This document shows positions 38,924-48,888 of a stretch of 64,000 nt of DNA, one piece after another. The DNA lies in the NCBI GenBank assembly GCA_963827235.1, contig CAWHAE010000014.1:160001-224000 (forward strand), read 5' to 3'. Origin of the DNA: an uncultured bacterium (GTDB lineage Bacteria; Chloroflexota; UBA5177; JANWHV01). The position numbers were made by a program, and so were the translations under genes. The notes under the pieces were generated by a model. That model did no database searches. It was given only the letters and a program-made list of their open reading frames with translations, and was not told where the DNA came from. Each line of letters opens with the position of its first letter. The first letter of the stretch is position 1.

Positions 38924-39688
38924 ATGAACGGAGTATTCTCGCGTTCGTTTGAGGGAGACAGATCGGTCAGGCTTCTGTGTATCGAATTCGAGCCGGACGC
39001 CGGACTCGCTCGCCTGGCGGCACATTTTGCCTCTGCTGGTGCGGCCGCGGACGTCCTGCGTCTGCACGCGGGCGAGCATCTGCCGCCTCTCGACCGATAT
39101 CACGGTATGGTCGTGCTCGGCGGAGCCATGAATGCCGAAGACGACGAGCGTTTTCCTTTTCTGAGCGACGTAACCGCGCTACTTCGGCAGGCGGCCGACC
39201 GGGGATTGCCGGTCCTAGGTATATGTCTCGGCGGCCAGTTGCTGGCCCGCGCTCTGGGCGCTCGGGTCTGGCGCAAGGAGCGTATGGAGCTCGGCTACTT
39301 TCGCATTCGTTTGACGGCGGCCGGTCGCGCCGATAGGCTGTTCGCAGGCATTTCCGGCGAGCCGCTTGCTCTTCAGTGGCACGAGGATGCCTTCGATGTG
39401 CCTGCCGGGGCCGTGCTGTTGGCCGACTCGGATCGCGATTCCGCCCAGGCATTCAGATTCGGTGACTGCTACGGGCTGCAGTTCCATCCCGAGGTCACCG
39501 TGGAGAGCGTATCCGGCTGGTGCGACACGAGCCGATCGGATCTCGGCGCAGCGGCCACACCCACCACTCGGGAGTCGCTGCGGCGGCGAGCCCGCGAGGT
39601 CGAGGCCGAGTTCGCCGGCCAGACAGCTTGCATGTGCGAAAACTGGCTTGGTATGGTAACGGAAGCGGCGCGCGGGGCCGTACATTGA
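38924..39688 (+). CDS. Class I glutamine amidotransferase-like protein (putative gamma-glutamyl hydrolase)
   Basis: VVLGG.M, GICLGGQLLA, QWHED.F, GLQFHPE (Cys-His-Glu triad). Confidence 0.88.
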   Translation: MNGVFSRSFEGDRSVRLLCIEFEPDAGLARLAAHFASAGAAADVLRLHAGEHLPPLDRYHGMVVLGGAMNAEDDERFPFLSDVTALLRQAADRGLPVLGICLGGQLLARALGARVWRKERMELGYFRIRLTAAGRADRLFAGISGEPLALQWHEDAFDVPAGAVLLADSDRDSAQAFRFGDCYGLQFHPEVTVESVSGWCDTSRSDLGAAATPTTRESLRRRAREVEAEFAGQTACMCENWLGMVTEAARGAVH

Positions 39689-39943
39689 ACGAGCCATCGC
39701 CGCTGCTTCGCTCCGCCTGCTACACTACCGACATACAGTGAAGCCGTGCAGCGGCTTGTGACGCCGGTATCGGCGGCGTGGCACGAACCCGACTTCGGGC
39801 GGAGATGCCGAAGCGAGGTCGCGGAAGACACGTCCGGTAGAACCCGCTCAGACTGCCGAATAGTGGCGCCGTGGTGGGCCTTGGTCGAGAAGACTCTGCG
39901 CGAAGCAACCGCCGGACCTACGCGTTCGAATGCTCGGACCCCG

Positions 39944-41506
39944 TTGGTTAGGGCAAGCGGCATCCTGTTGCATCCGACGTCGCTTCCTGGGCCGTACGGT
40001 ATCGGCGACCTGGGCCCGGCTGCCGACCGATTCGTCGATTTCCTGGCCGATGCCGGTCAGACGTATTGGCAGATACTGCCCCTGGGCCCCACCGGCTTCG
40101 GCGATTCGCCATACCAGACCTTTTCCGCCTTCGCGGGCAACCCGATGCTGATCAGTCCGGACGCGCTCCAGTCAGAGGGCCTGCTGCCGGCCGGCGCGCT
40201 GGACGAGGCGCCGGTGTTTCCCGACGAGCGCGTCGATTATGGTGCGGTGATCCCCTGGAAGCGGCAGATCCTGGAGCGCGCCTACGCGCACTTCCTGTCC
40301 TCAGCGGACGACGATCTTCGTCGGGAGGTACGTGAGTTCGCCGCCGAAAACTCGTGGATTGCTCCGTTCGCGTTGTTCATGGCGCTCAAGGAGGCGCACG
40401 AGGGCAGGCCATGGCCGAAGTGGGAGCCTTCTATTGCATCGCGAACACCGGCAGCTCTGGAACGTTGGCAAAGGCGGCTGGCGCAGCGGACGCAGAGCCA
40501 TGTCTACAGTCAGTATCTGTTCTTCAGGCAGTGGAAGCGTGTCAGACAGTATGCCCACGCCCGCGGCGTGCGCATCATCGGCGACGCGCCCATCTTCGTG
40601 GCCCACGATAGCGCCGACTGCTGGGTGCACCGCGAGCTCTTTCACCTCAGGCGCGACGGGCGACCGGCCCTGGTGGCCGGCGTGCCGCCCGACTACTTCA
40701 GTGCCACGGGACAGTTGTGGGGCAACCCGCTCTACCGGTGGGAAGCCCTCGAATCGCAGGGTTACCGCTGGTGGATCGAGCGATTGCGCTCGGCCCTTGG
40801 GACGGTCGACATACTCCGCCTCGATCACTTCCGCGGCTTCGCCGGTTACTGGGCGATCCCGGGCAACGCTCCGACGGCGCAGACCGGTAAGTGGCTGCCG
40901 GGACCGGGTGTACCCTTCTTCACCGCCGTGGAGAAGGCGCTGGGTTCGCTTCCGATTATTGCCGAGGATCTGGGCGTCATCACGCCCGACGTCGTGGAGC
41001 TGCGGGAGCGGTTCGGCTTTCCAGGCATGCGCGTACTGCAGTTTGCCTTCGACGACTTCGAGGCTTCGGCGGATAACCCGCATCTGCCGCATAACCTCGA
41101 GCGCAACGTCGTGGTGTACACCGGTACACATGACAACGATACGACTGCAGGGTGGTACGCGGCATCTCCGGCCAGGACCAGGCGGTTCGCGCGCGCCTAT
41201 GCGCGGTCCACGCGCAGAGATCCGGCAGCGGTTACATGGGACCTGGTGCGGCTGGCCATGGCCTCCGTAGCCCATACCGCGGTCGTTCCCCTGCAGGATC
41301 TGCTGGGCCTGGGAAGCAGCGCCCGCATGAACCTGCCCGGCCAGGCAGGCGGCAACTGGCAATGGCGCCTCCACGCGGATGCCTTGTCCACGGGTGTGTC
41401 TCAACGACTCGCTGAGCTGACTCGGCTGTACGGCCGCGCTCCGGCGACGATCGGCGTGGCTGCGAAGGTTGCCCACGGGCAACGCGGTCCCGCCACGCCC
41501 GGCTAG
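39944..41506 (+). CDS. malQ: 4-alpha-glucanotransferase (GH77)
   Basis: GILLHPTSLPG, WQILPLGP, GVPPDYFS.TGQLWGNP, RLDHFRG, IAEDLG, YTGTHDNDT. Confidence 0.96.
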   Translation: MVRASGILLHPTSLPGPYGIGDLGPAADRFVDFLADAGQTYWQILPLGPTGFGDSPYQTFSAFAGNPMLISPDALQSEGLLPAGALDEAPVFPDERVDYGAVIPWKRQILERAYAHFLSSADDDLRREVREFAAENSWIAPFALFMALKEAHEGRPWPKWEPSIASRTPAALERWQRRLAQRTQSHVYSQYLFFRQWKRVRQYAHARGVRIIGDAPIFVAHDSADCWVHRELFHLRRDGRPALVAGVPPDYFSATGQLWGNPLYRWEALESQGYRWWIERLRSALGTVDILRLDHFRGFAGYWAIPGNAPTAQTGKWLPGPGVPFFTAVEKALGSLPIIAEDLGVITPDVVELRERFGFPGMRVLQFAFDDFEASADNPHLPHNLERNVVVYTGTHDNDTTAGWYAASPARTRRFARAYARSTRRDPAAVTWDLVRLAMASVAHTAVVPLQDLLGLGSSARMNLPGQAGGNWQWRLHADALSTGVSQRLAELTRLYGRAPATIGVAAKVAHGQRGPATPG

Positions 41507-41610
41507 CAGGCCATCAAGCCGCGTCGTCTGCTGCGGGTAGACTGCCCGCGACCGGGATATCGGCCCAAGAGCCTGTATGTGCCGGAAGCAGGAGGGCGCG
41601 GACCGCGACA

Positions 41611-42000
41611 TCAGGGTCTACCGCTCAGGCAGGCCTGCACCAAGCTGTCGAGCTGATCCAGGTCGAATGGTTTCAGCAGCAACGCGGTTGCCCCTGCCCT
41701 TCGCGCAACGGTCGGATTGACGGCGGTCATGAGGATGACGGGGATGGGCGCGCGCTGCTTGTCGACGGCGTCGTTCCGCAGTGCCGCGATGAGGTCGGCG
41801 CCCGACAGGTTGGGCATCATCAGATCGGTGATTATGAGCACGGGCTCGACGCTGCGCGCCAGCTCGAGCGCCTCCCTGCCGTCTCTCGCCACGATGGCGT
41901 GGTAACCTGCGTCCTCGATCACGGCCGCCACCACGGTAGCAATCGGCACGTCGTCCTCGGCAATGACGACGGAATGTTTCAGCTCCTGTTGCCCCTTCAA
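41611..42000 (-). CDS. Single-domain response regulator (REC)
   Basis: VIAEDD, ITDLMMP, LMTA, LKPF. Confidence 0.88.
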   Translation of the reverse strand: MKGQQELKHSVVIAEDDVPIATVVAAVIEDAGYHAIVARDGREALELARSVEPVLIITDLMMPNLSGADLIAALRNDAVDKQRAPIPVILMTAVNPTVARRAGATALLLKPFDLDQLDSLVQACLSGRP

Positions 42001-42346
42001 CTCACACCTACAGCCGGGCTTGCAGCATTATACGTGCGCTGCGTCGGCCGCATCGACTGCGGGTCGGCCACTTGCCCTCAGCCATGAAGTCGCTTTCAGG
42101 AGCCATCCCCACCGGAATCCAGCACTCGCCGGGTCTCCTATCTCACAGAGATAATAGTAATCGCACCGGCGTTAGCGCGCTCCAGTGCTCTCTGGGCCCA
42201 TGGGCGTCTTGGCTTTGCCCGAGAGCTACGTGTGCCGAGCCGTCGGCAGCACCGATAGTGGAGCACCGAAACACTGTCGACAGGCCAGAACCGCCTTCTC
42301 ACCTGCCCGCCGCGCGGGCGGTACATTAACCCCAGGAGGTGGCCAC

Positions 42347-42697
42347 GTGCACGAGCTTGGCCTGGCAGAGAGCATCGTCCAGATCGCGCGGAAGCAGGTC
42401 GAGCTCTACTCCGCCCGCCGGGTGAACTCAATCACCCTGCTGATCGGCGACGCGGTGGCCGTGGAGCCGGACTCGCTCCGCTTCGGGTTTGAGGTGATCG
42501 CACAGTCGGTTCCGGAACTGCTCCAGGCAGCTCTGGTGATCAGGGGTGCGCCGCACCGGGGTCGTTGTCGCACCTGTTCTACTGAGTTCGAGATTGTCGA
42601 CTACAGTGCCTGGTGCCCCGCCTGCGGCGCGGTATCCGTGGACGTGATCTCAGGCAATGAGTTTCAAGTGCTCGAGATGGACATCGAACAGGATTGA
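42347..42697 (+). CDS. hypA: Nickel metallochaperone HypA
   Basis: (M)HE start after AGGAGG; CRTC and CPAC zinc motifs; G.E near C-terminus. Confidence 0.95.
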   Translation: MHELGLAESIVQIARKQVELYSARRVNSITLLIGDAVAVEPDSLRFGFEVIAQSVPELLQAALVIRGAPHRGRCRTCSTEFEIVDYSAWCPACGAVSVDVISGNEFQVLEMDIEQD

Positions 42698-42718
42698 GCT
42701 AGGATCGAAGGAACGCTG

Positions 42719-43381
42719 GTGGTAAAGGTTACGGTGGCACAGCGCGTGCTCGCGGTAAATGACGACGTCGCTGACGAGATTCACGCGCAGCTCGCCGACC
42801 GTTCTATTCGCTGCATCAATCTGATGAGCTCCGCGGGTGCGGGAAAGACGGCACTGCTGGAGGAGACGATCCGGCGCCTGCAGGGGCACCTGGCCGTTGC
42901 GGTGATCGAGGGCGACATCGAGACTACCGCCGATGCCGAGCGGGTGGCGGCGGCCGGCGGCGAGAGCGTGCAGATCGTGACGCGAGGCAGTTGCCATCTC
43001 GAGGCGCATATGGTCCGTGATGCCCTGGCTCAGATCGACCTCGATCGCGTGGACTTGCTGTTTATCGAGAACATCGGTAATCTCGTCTGCCCTGCGGAGT
43101 GGAATCTCGGCGAAGACATCAAGGTGGTAGTGGCGAGCACCACGGAAGGTGACGATAAGCCGGCAAAGTACCCCCAGATGTTCGCCGCATCGCAGGTCGT
43201 GGTGGTCAACAAGATCGACCTGCTGCCGTATGTAACCTACGACCTGCGGCGCGTCAGAGATTTCGCCATGCGCGTCAACCCGGCCCTGAAGTTCTTTGAG
43301 GTTAGCTGCAGGTCGGGTGAGGGATTGGATGCGTGGTGCGACTGGGTAGTCGAGTTCGCAGCACACGGCGGGTTGAGATGA
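42719..43381 (+). CDS. hypB: Nickel-insertion GTPase HypB (short form, no His-rich N-terminus)
   Basis: SSAGAGKT, IEGD, CHL, ENIGNLVCPA, EGDDKPAKYP, NKIDL. Confidence 0.96.
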   Translation: MVKVTVAQRVLAVNDDVADEIHAQLADRSIRCINLMSSAGAGKTALLEETIRRLQGHLAVAVIEGDIETTADAERVAAAGGESVQIVTRGSCHLEAHMVRDALAQIDLDRVDLLFIENIGNLVCPAEWNLGEDIKVVVASTTEGDDKPAKYPQMFAASQVVVVNKIDLLPYVTYDLRRVRDFAMRVNPALKFFEVSCRSGEGLDAWCDWVVEFAAHGGLR

Positions 43382-43692
43382 CGCCCTGCCCTGAATCATG
43401 GCAGATACCTTGACACACTGCATTACACAGCGCTCATCGCTAATATGCAACAAATCGGTTACGACATCTGGAACGATCCTGCCGCAGGCGCCCGGGCTGG
43501 CAAGTAGGCATTATCGAGCGCGGGCAGCGGGCGCCTTCACAGCGCGTGCGGGATAGCGCAACCGTCCGTAGCGGCGCTGTCTACGCAGGCGGTGACACCG
43601 GTCCGGCGATCGCCGGGCGCGGCGCGCACGCATCATCACGGTGAAAGCCACGCTTGCGGACGGGTATCCGGGGATGTCCCTTCGATGAGGGC

Positions 43693-44268
43693 CTACAGGT
43701 CGAGCCCGGCGCCACAAAGCAACTGCACGACTCGCTCGCGCTCCGGTGCGATAATCTCGCGAGCCTCCACGGTCAACCGGCTGAACACCGCGCCGGCACG
43801 GATTCTCAGCCACTCCACGCCGTCCGCGTAGTCCATGCCGCGCACGCGGTAAAGGTAGTAGAGCCAGTAGGCGGGCCGAGCAATCTGTGACATGACGTCC
43901 GCGTTCGAGATACAGATCTCCTCCGGGCTGCCGCCACCGGACGGTACTGGCGCGCCGTGCTTCTCGATGCATGAGCAGACTCGCTCCACGATGCCGGGGG
44001 CGAAGCCTTTCTCCCGCAGCAACTCGTGCGCGATACGCGCTGAGTCGTCAGCATGCGTGGCGAGCGTGGCCAGATCGCGGACTGCGGACAGGTCGTGCAG
44101 ATACGCTGCCAACTCGACGACTGCAGGATCGGCTCCTAGGCGAAGGCCCAGCGCGCCTGCATAGTGGGCCACCTGCTCGAGATGCTGGCCGAAGAACGCC
44201 GGGCTGAAGGCATTGGACGTGCTGCGGCATTCTCCTTCCACCAGCGCTTTGATCTCCTCAATGCCCAT
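43693..44268 (-). CDS. HD-domain metal-dependent phosphohydrolase
   Basis: H..QV, AAYLHD, H, KH, NAD pattern. Confidence 0.85.
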   Translation of the reverse strand: MGIEEIKALVEGECRSTSNAFSPAFFGQHLEQVAHYAGALGLRLGADPAVVELAAYLHDLSAVRDLATLATHADDSARIAHELLREKGFAPGIVERVCSCIEKHGAPVPSGGGSPEEICISNADVMSQIARPAYWLYYLYRVRGMDYADGVEWLRIRAGAVFSRLTVEAREIIAPERERVVQLLCGAGLDL

Positions 44269-44479
44269 GCTCGTTGCTCCATACGCGAACGCGGCGCCTT
44301 GCAAAGCACTCCGGTCGATCCTGCGTCCAGGAGGATGCTCGCGAGACTCTTCGCCACTACGATATGGCCGTTGTCGGCCCCATATCCCGGGTCTGGGCCA
44401 TCACAGATTGTACCGGCAATGTGGTCCGATACTGCCAGGACTGCCGAGATCCCCACCGCGTCGTCTCCGCGGGCACGAC

Positions 44480-45154
44480 CTAGCTCGATGCCGCGCCCGC
44501 GAGGCAGCCCGCGGCCGGGGCGGGCTCGAGGCGCACGAATGCGCCGACGACGCGCATAATCAATTCGTCGAGAGGCGCGGCATCGCTCGACAACTTCGAC
44601 CTCATCTGATCCCAGGTGGTGAAGCTTGTCAGCGACGTCACCACAGCGGTTGCCTCCTCCAGAGAAAGCGGCGGGAGCAGCCGGCCTTCCTCTGCGAGTC
44701 TGCGCATCACCAGCGCCGTCGACTCGCGCCGTACCCGGTCGCGAGCACCGAGCACGCCGGCAACCTGCAGGTCCAGGGCCGACAACCCAACGAAACGGCG
44801 GAACAGCGCCGGATCAGTGCTCCAGAAGCGACAAGCCATGGTCACCAGCGCGCGCAATGCCTCGGTCGGAGTCTGTTGTGAGAGTGCCACGGTGTTGCGT
44901 TGCACGCCTTCGCCGCGTCGAGTCAGATCGTCCGCCACCGCCTCCAACAGACCCACGCGCGACCCGAACTGGTTGTAGACCGTCATGCGCGTCACACAAG
45001 CACGCTTGGCCACCGCGTCCATGGCGAACGAGGAGCAGCTATCGCCGATCAGCATTTCTCGCGCCGACTCGACGATGCGCTGCCGCGTACGTCCGGCGTA
45101 TTCGGCCTGCTTGTCGTGATGCAGACCTTGCTTGATTTCACTCCCCACATTCAC
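44480..45154 (-). CDS. TetR/AcrR family regulator
   Basis: TRQRIVESA, MDAVAKRACVTRMTVYNQFGSR HTH. Confidence 0.9.
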   Translation of the reverse strand: MNVGSEIKQGLHHDKQAEYAGRTRQRIVESAREMLIGDSCSSFAMDAVAKRACVTRMTVYNQFGSRVGLLEAVADDLTRRGEGVQRNTVALSQQTPTEALRALVTMACRFWSTDPALFRRFVGLSALDLQVAGVLGARDRVRRESTALVMRRLAEEGRLLPPLSLEEATAVVTSLTSFTTWDQMRSKLSSDAAPLDELIMRVVGAFVRLEPAPAAGCLAGAASS

Positions 45155-45168
45155 AGATGACGACCTCG

Positions 45169-45196
45169 GCTATACAAATTGTATAGCGACAGTCAA
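45169..45196 (-). promoter_or_regulatory. TetR promoter with a perfect palindromic operator
   Basis: GCTATACAA-A-TTGTATAGC (45169-45187) overlapping TTGACT-16 bp-TATAGC on the minus strand. Confidence 0.75.
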
Positions 45197-45224
45197 GTGC
45201 GGCGCTCGCTGCTGCGACGCCCGG

Positions 45225-47750
45225 TCACCGCCACCGCACGGCGACGTCCTGCGGATGCACCTCCTGAGTCTCATTCGTCACCCTCACCGAGCACTGCTCG
45301 CCTGGCAGCAAATCCAGGTAGTTGTCGCTGAAGCGCGTGCCCTCCACATTGACGATGAGGTGAACGTAGTAGGCGTAGTTCGACGCCACAAGACGGACGT
45401 CGACGGTGTGATTGTCCACTTGCGATGTGGTTACATCGACCAGTCCTGCCGGGCGCACCAAATCCTTGATCGCGCTAAAGAAGACGCGGTTTGACGGAAA
45501 GAGGCCGCCTGGAGAGCGAACCGCGAGATAGTGGCGCGGTGATGCATGAATCTTGCCCGCCGGCCACTTCGCCGTGACCGCGCTGGTGGATGCCGCTGCG
45601 TGGACGTGCAGGCTCTCGCGCCACACGGTCTCACCGTCGAATCCGCCATGCACCACCTCCACCGAGTCGGAAATGTCTGCACGGCTGTTGTTCGTGAGCC
45701 ACAGCTCGACGCCGCCGGCGGCGATCGTCTTCAAACTCGCGATGACCGGAGCGTACGACCGCCTCAAGTAGTAGTATCCGGCCTTACCGAAGCCGTAATA
45801 GTCCAGCACGCTCCAGCTCAGCACGGGCCAGCAATCGTTGAACTGCCAGACCAACGTACCCGCGCAGTGTGGGAATCGCCGTCGAAAGTGCTCGACGCCG
45901 AGCTTGAGACCCTCAGCTTGGGCGATCATGCTGAAGTCGACGTACTCCTCGAGGTCTCGGGGCAAGCCGGTAGCCGCCGCCATCAGATTGTCGCCCTTGT
46001 CCTTTGGGTTGTCCTTGTTGTGATGATCCATCGACTCGCTGTGGTGAAACAGTTGGTCGGCCGGCACGCAGCGACGAAGGGTCGACAGCACCGGAGCCGC
46101 GTGCATACCAAACTCGCTGATGAAGCGGCCCGTGTCCTCCGCGTAGTGAACGTAGCTGACGCCGTCCGGCGAATGATCCTCTCGGGGCTTCTCACCAAAA
46201 CGACGTGGCCGGCCGCCGTGCCAGACATCCCAGTTGTGGCGGTCGCCCTCCTCCATGCTGTTGAAGTCGTTTCCGCCGTACGGACTCCCCGGCCAGTACG
46301 GCGTGCGGCCGTCCAGGTCCTCGACCGCCCGCGGCAGCGTCTGGCTATAGTAGAGGTGCCCGGGCACCCGGGCGTTGGGGTCCTCCCAGTGCTGATTGCC
46401 GTAGATCCACTGATTCTCGTTGTTGCCGCACCATAGCGCAAGTGAGGGATGGTGGCGCAGGCGCCGCACCTGGTAAGCGGCCTCCGCGGCAACCTCGGCC
46501 TGCATGGCCTCGTCTTCGGGATAGGCGGCGCAGGCGAACATGAAGTCCTGCCAGACCAAGATGCCCAATCGATCGCATTCGTCGTAGAAGGCATCGTGCT
46601 CGTAGATGCCGCCGCCCCAGACGCGCAGCATGTTGTTGTTACCGTGCTGCGCAAGGTCCAGCAGAGCGGCGTAGCGTTCAGGACTTACCGTGCCCACGAA
46701 CGAGTCTGCCGGTATCCAGTCGGTTCCGCGCGCAAACACGGGTACGCCGTTGAGTATGAAGCGGAAGAAGCGGGTGCCCGGCTCGTCCTGGTCGGGCGAT
46801 TGGTCGAGTGCGAGGGTACGGATACCGACCTCATCTGCGACCGAGTCGAGAACCAGAGAGCCGCAAAGAAGGTCCACTTGAAGCAAGTACAATGCCGGGT
46901 CGCCGAGATCGTGCGTCCACCAGAGTTGAGGCCGATCGACGGTGAGGTGAGCCACGCCGCGCAAGCCGTCCGCTCCTCGCACGAGCGATACTGCCACCTC
47001 TGCCGCTACGGCTGCGCCTGAGATGGCGCCAGGCACATGCAGCGTGATGGCAGCCGTGAGTGCCTCGCTGCCTGCGAACTGCTCTGCCTCCACGGTCACT
47101 GCCACCAGAGCCCGGTCGACCTTGGCGTCGACATCGAGCGTGGCAAAGCGCACTCCGCTGAGCGTCGCCTTCTTCCTGCGCTGCAGCTCCACATCCCGCC
47201 AGATGCCCACGGTCGGCAGCCTGGGACCCCAGTCCCAACCGTAACCAAACTGCGCCTTGCGCATGGCCACCCGCGGAGGCATCCAGCTCTTCTCGGGAGC
47301 GTTCAGCAGAGCGCCGCAGTGGTCGAGGGGGCGATCGAAGCATAGGGAGAGCGTGTTATCGCCATTCACTCGCACTGCAGAGGTAACGTCGAACACCGCT
47401 TCTCGGAACATGTTCCTGTGCCGGCCCAGCTCGAGACCGTTGAGCCATATGGTGACGAACGTGTCCAGGCCGGCAAACACGAGCTGAAGCCGTTCGTCGT
47501 CCTGGAGTGCCAGGCGGGGACCATGGAAGACCAGGCGATACCACCACTCGCGTTCCTCGACCCAAGCGCACTCGAGCTCGTTCCGATCGTAGAACGGATC
47601 CGGAATCCGGCCTGCCGCGATGAGCGCCGAGTGCACGTCGCCCGGCACATCGACTGGGATCCAGCCAGAGTCGTCGAAGTGCTCGTTGAAGGCCCCGGCC
47701 GCCTTCCCAGCGCCCGGCTGAAAGTCCTGCAGTTTCCAGCGATCGAACAT
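45225..47750 (-). CDS. GH2 beta-mannosidase
   Basis: VPGDVH, GLDT, NMFR, RKAQF.YGWDWGP, RVWGGGIYE, WQDFMF, WCGNNE, FISEFG. Confidence 0.95.
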   Translation of the reverse strand: MFDRWKLQDFQPGAGKAAGAFNEHFDDSGWIPVDVPGDVHSALIAAGRIPDPFYDRNELECAWVEEREWWYRLVFHGPRLALQDDERLQLVFAGLDTFVTIWLNGLELGRHRNMFREAVFDVTSAVRVNGDNTLSLCFDRPLDHCGALLNAPEKSWMPPRVAMRKAQFGYGWDWGPRLPTVGIWRDVELQRRKKATLSGVRFATLDVDAKVDRALVAVTVEAEQFAGSEALTAAITLHVPGAISGAAVAAEVAVSLVRGADGLRGVAHLTVDRPQLWWTHDLGDPALYLLQVDLLCGSLVLDSVADEVGIRTLALDQSPDQDEPGTRFFRFILNGVPVFARGTDWIPADSFVGTVSPERYAALLDLAQHGNNNMLRVWGGGIYEHDAFYDECDRLGILVWQDFMFACAAYPEDEAMQAEVAAEAAYQVRRLRHHPSLALWCGNNENQWIYGNQHWEDPNARVPGHLYYSQTLPRAVEDLDGRTPYWPGSPYGGNDFNSMEEGDRHNWDVWHGGRPRRFGEKPREDHSPDGVSYVHYAEDTGRFISEFGMHAAPVLSTLRRCVPADQLFHHSESMDHHNKDNPKDKGDNLMAAATGLPRDLEEYVDFSMIAQAEGLKLGVEHFRRRFPHCAGTLVWQFNDCWPVLSWSVLDYYGFGKAGYYYLRRSYAPVIASLKTIAAGGVELWLTNNSRADISDSVEVVHGGFDGETVWRESLHVHAAASTSAVTAKWPAGKIHASPRHYLAVRSPGGLFPSNRVFFSAIKDLVRPAGLVDVTTSQVDNHTVDVRLVASNYAYYVHLIVNVEGTRFSDNYLDLLPGEQCSVRVTNETQEVHPQDVAVRWR

Positions 47751-48183
47751 GCTGCACGAATCCTTTTCCATACGCGTGATGACGTGATGCCGGCTGATCG
47801 CCCGGTCCGCCACGTCTTTCACAGTGCAATGTTGCCGAGCCGGTCTGCGAAACAGGAATGGCACCAGGACCCAATCCGCCTGTGCCTGCCTCCTCGACTA
47901 CAGGCTCGGCGGCCGGCAGAAACTCGCCTGGCTCGAAAGCAGCAAATCCCAATACATTATCGTCTGCTTTGCCGGCTCGGCGTCCAGTGCCGGCATGGAC
48001 CTGGTACGGCTCACTATCGGGCGAGGCGGCATCGCGCGATCCGGAGCATATGCCCTGCGTCAGGAGCGGCTACACACACCGCTCACAATCGAGGATTCTA
48101 GCCGGCCGGCAGCGCGCGCGGCATTGACGAAGAGTACCAATCCACTGGGTTGAAGTGAATTCAGGTGAGGCTCTAGGAGGCGC

Positions 48184-48228
48184 ACTGCTCACCCCTCGCC
48201 GGCGTCGAGCCGATGAGGGGTGAGCAGT
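48184..48228. repeat. Long intergenic inverted repeat flanked by CTAGGA direct repeats
   Basis: ACTGCTCACCCCTC...GAGGGGTGAGCAGT; CTAGGA at 48173 and 48231. Confidence 0.6.
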
Positions 48229-48564
48229 CGCTAGGACGGCCGTAAGTTCCAGCAGACCTATTGCCGCTGGATCGAGATCTGACGAACAGTCGAGCGTTCA
48301 TGCATTGAGGCCTGTGAGCGGAATCGAGTCAAGCCTGCCCAGCGAATGGGCCGCACAACCCGGGCGCAGCTTTGACTGCTCCCGCCCTCCCCAGCGCCGA
48401 GTCCGCTTCCCGCCTGTCTGAGCGGTTTTGAGGCTAGCGTCGCCACGCGCAAGGCCGCGAAGTCTCGGAGCCGTCTGCACGCAATAGCGCTGGAGAACGC
48501 GGACGGACTCGCTCCGCCCCTTGCCGGATCAGCAAAGCGATTGGCCGTGTGCTTGGTGCTCAGA

Positions 48565-48888
48565 TCAGCGGCGACTGACGGAGGAATGTCTCCAGATCTC
48601 GAGCGCCACCGCCACGAAGTGCCGGCATCCGGCGTGGTCCCTACCGTCGGAGCACGTGCACGACCACTGAAGGCCGTCCGGGGTGGAGCTCATCTCTACG
48701 GTTTCTGAGCGAGTGCCGCCGACCAGTGCCGTGACCGATCGCGAGCCGGACACGAGAAGAATAACGCGGCCGGCATCGTCGTCGTCCTGACCCTGCTCAA
48801 ACACGTCGGTACTCGTCCATTGGCGGACAGTTTCAGGATCAACCAGCTCCGCAACCAGCGCCATCACACCGTTCATCCGATCTAGCAT
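48565..48888 (-). CDS. Small stand-alone SWIM zinc-finger protein (start uncertain)
   Basis: A.V.G..., WSCTC-x8-CRH-FVAVAL (CxC...CxH). Confidence 0.75.
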   Translation of the reverse strand: MLDRMNGVMALVAELVDPETVRQWTSTDVFEQGQDDDDAGRVILLVSGSRSVTALVGGTRSETVEMSSTPDGLQWSCTCSDGRDHAGCRHFVAVALEIWRHSSVSRR

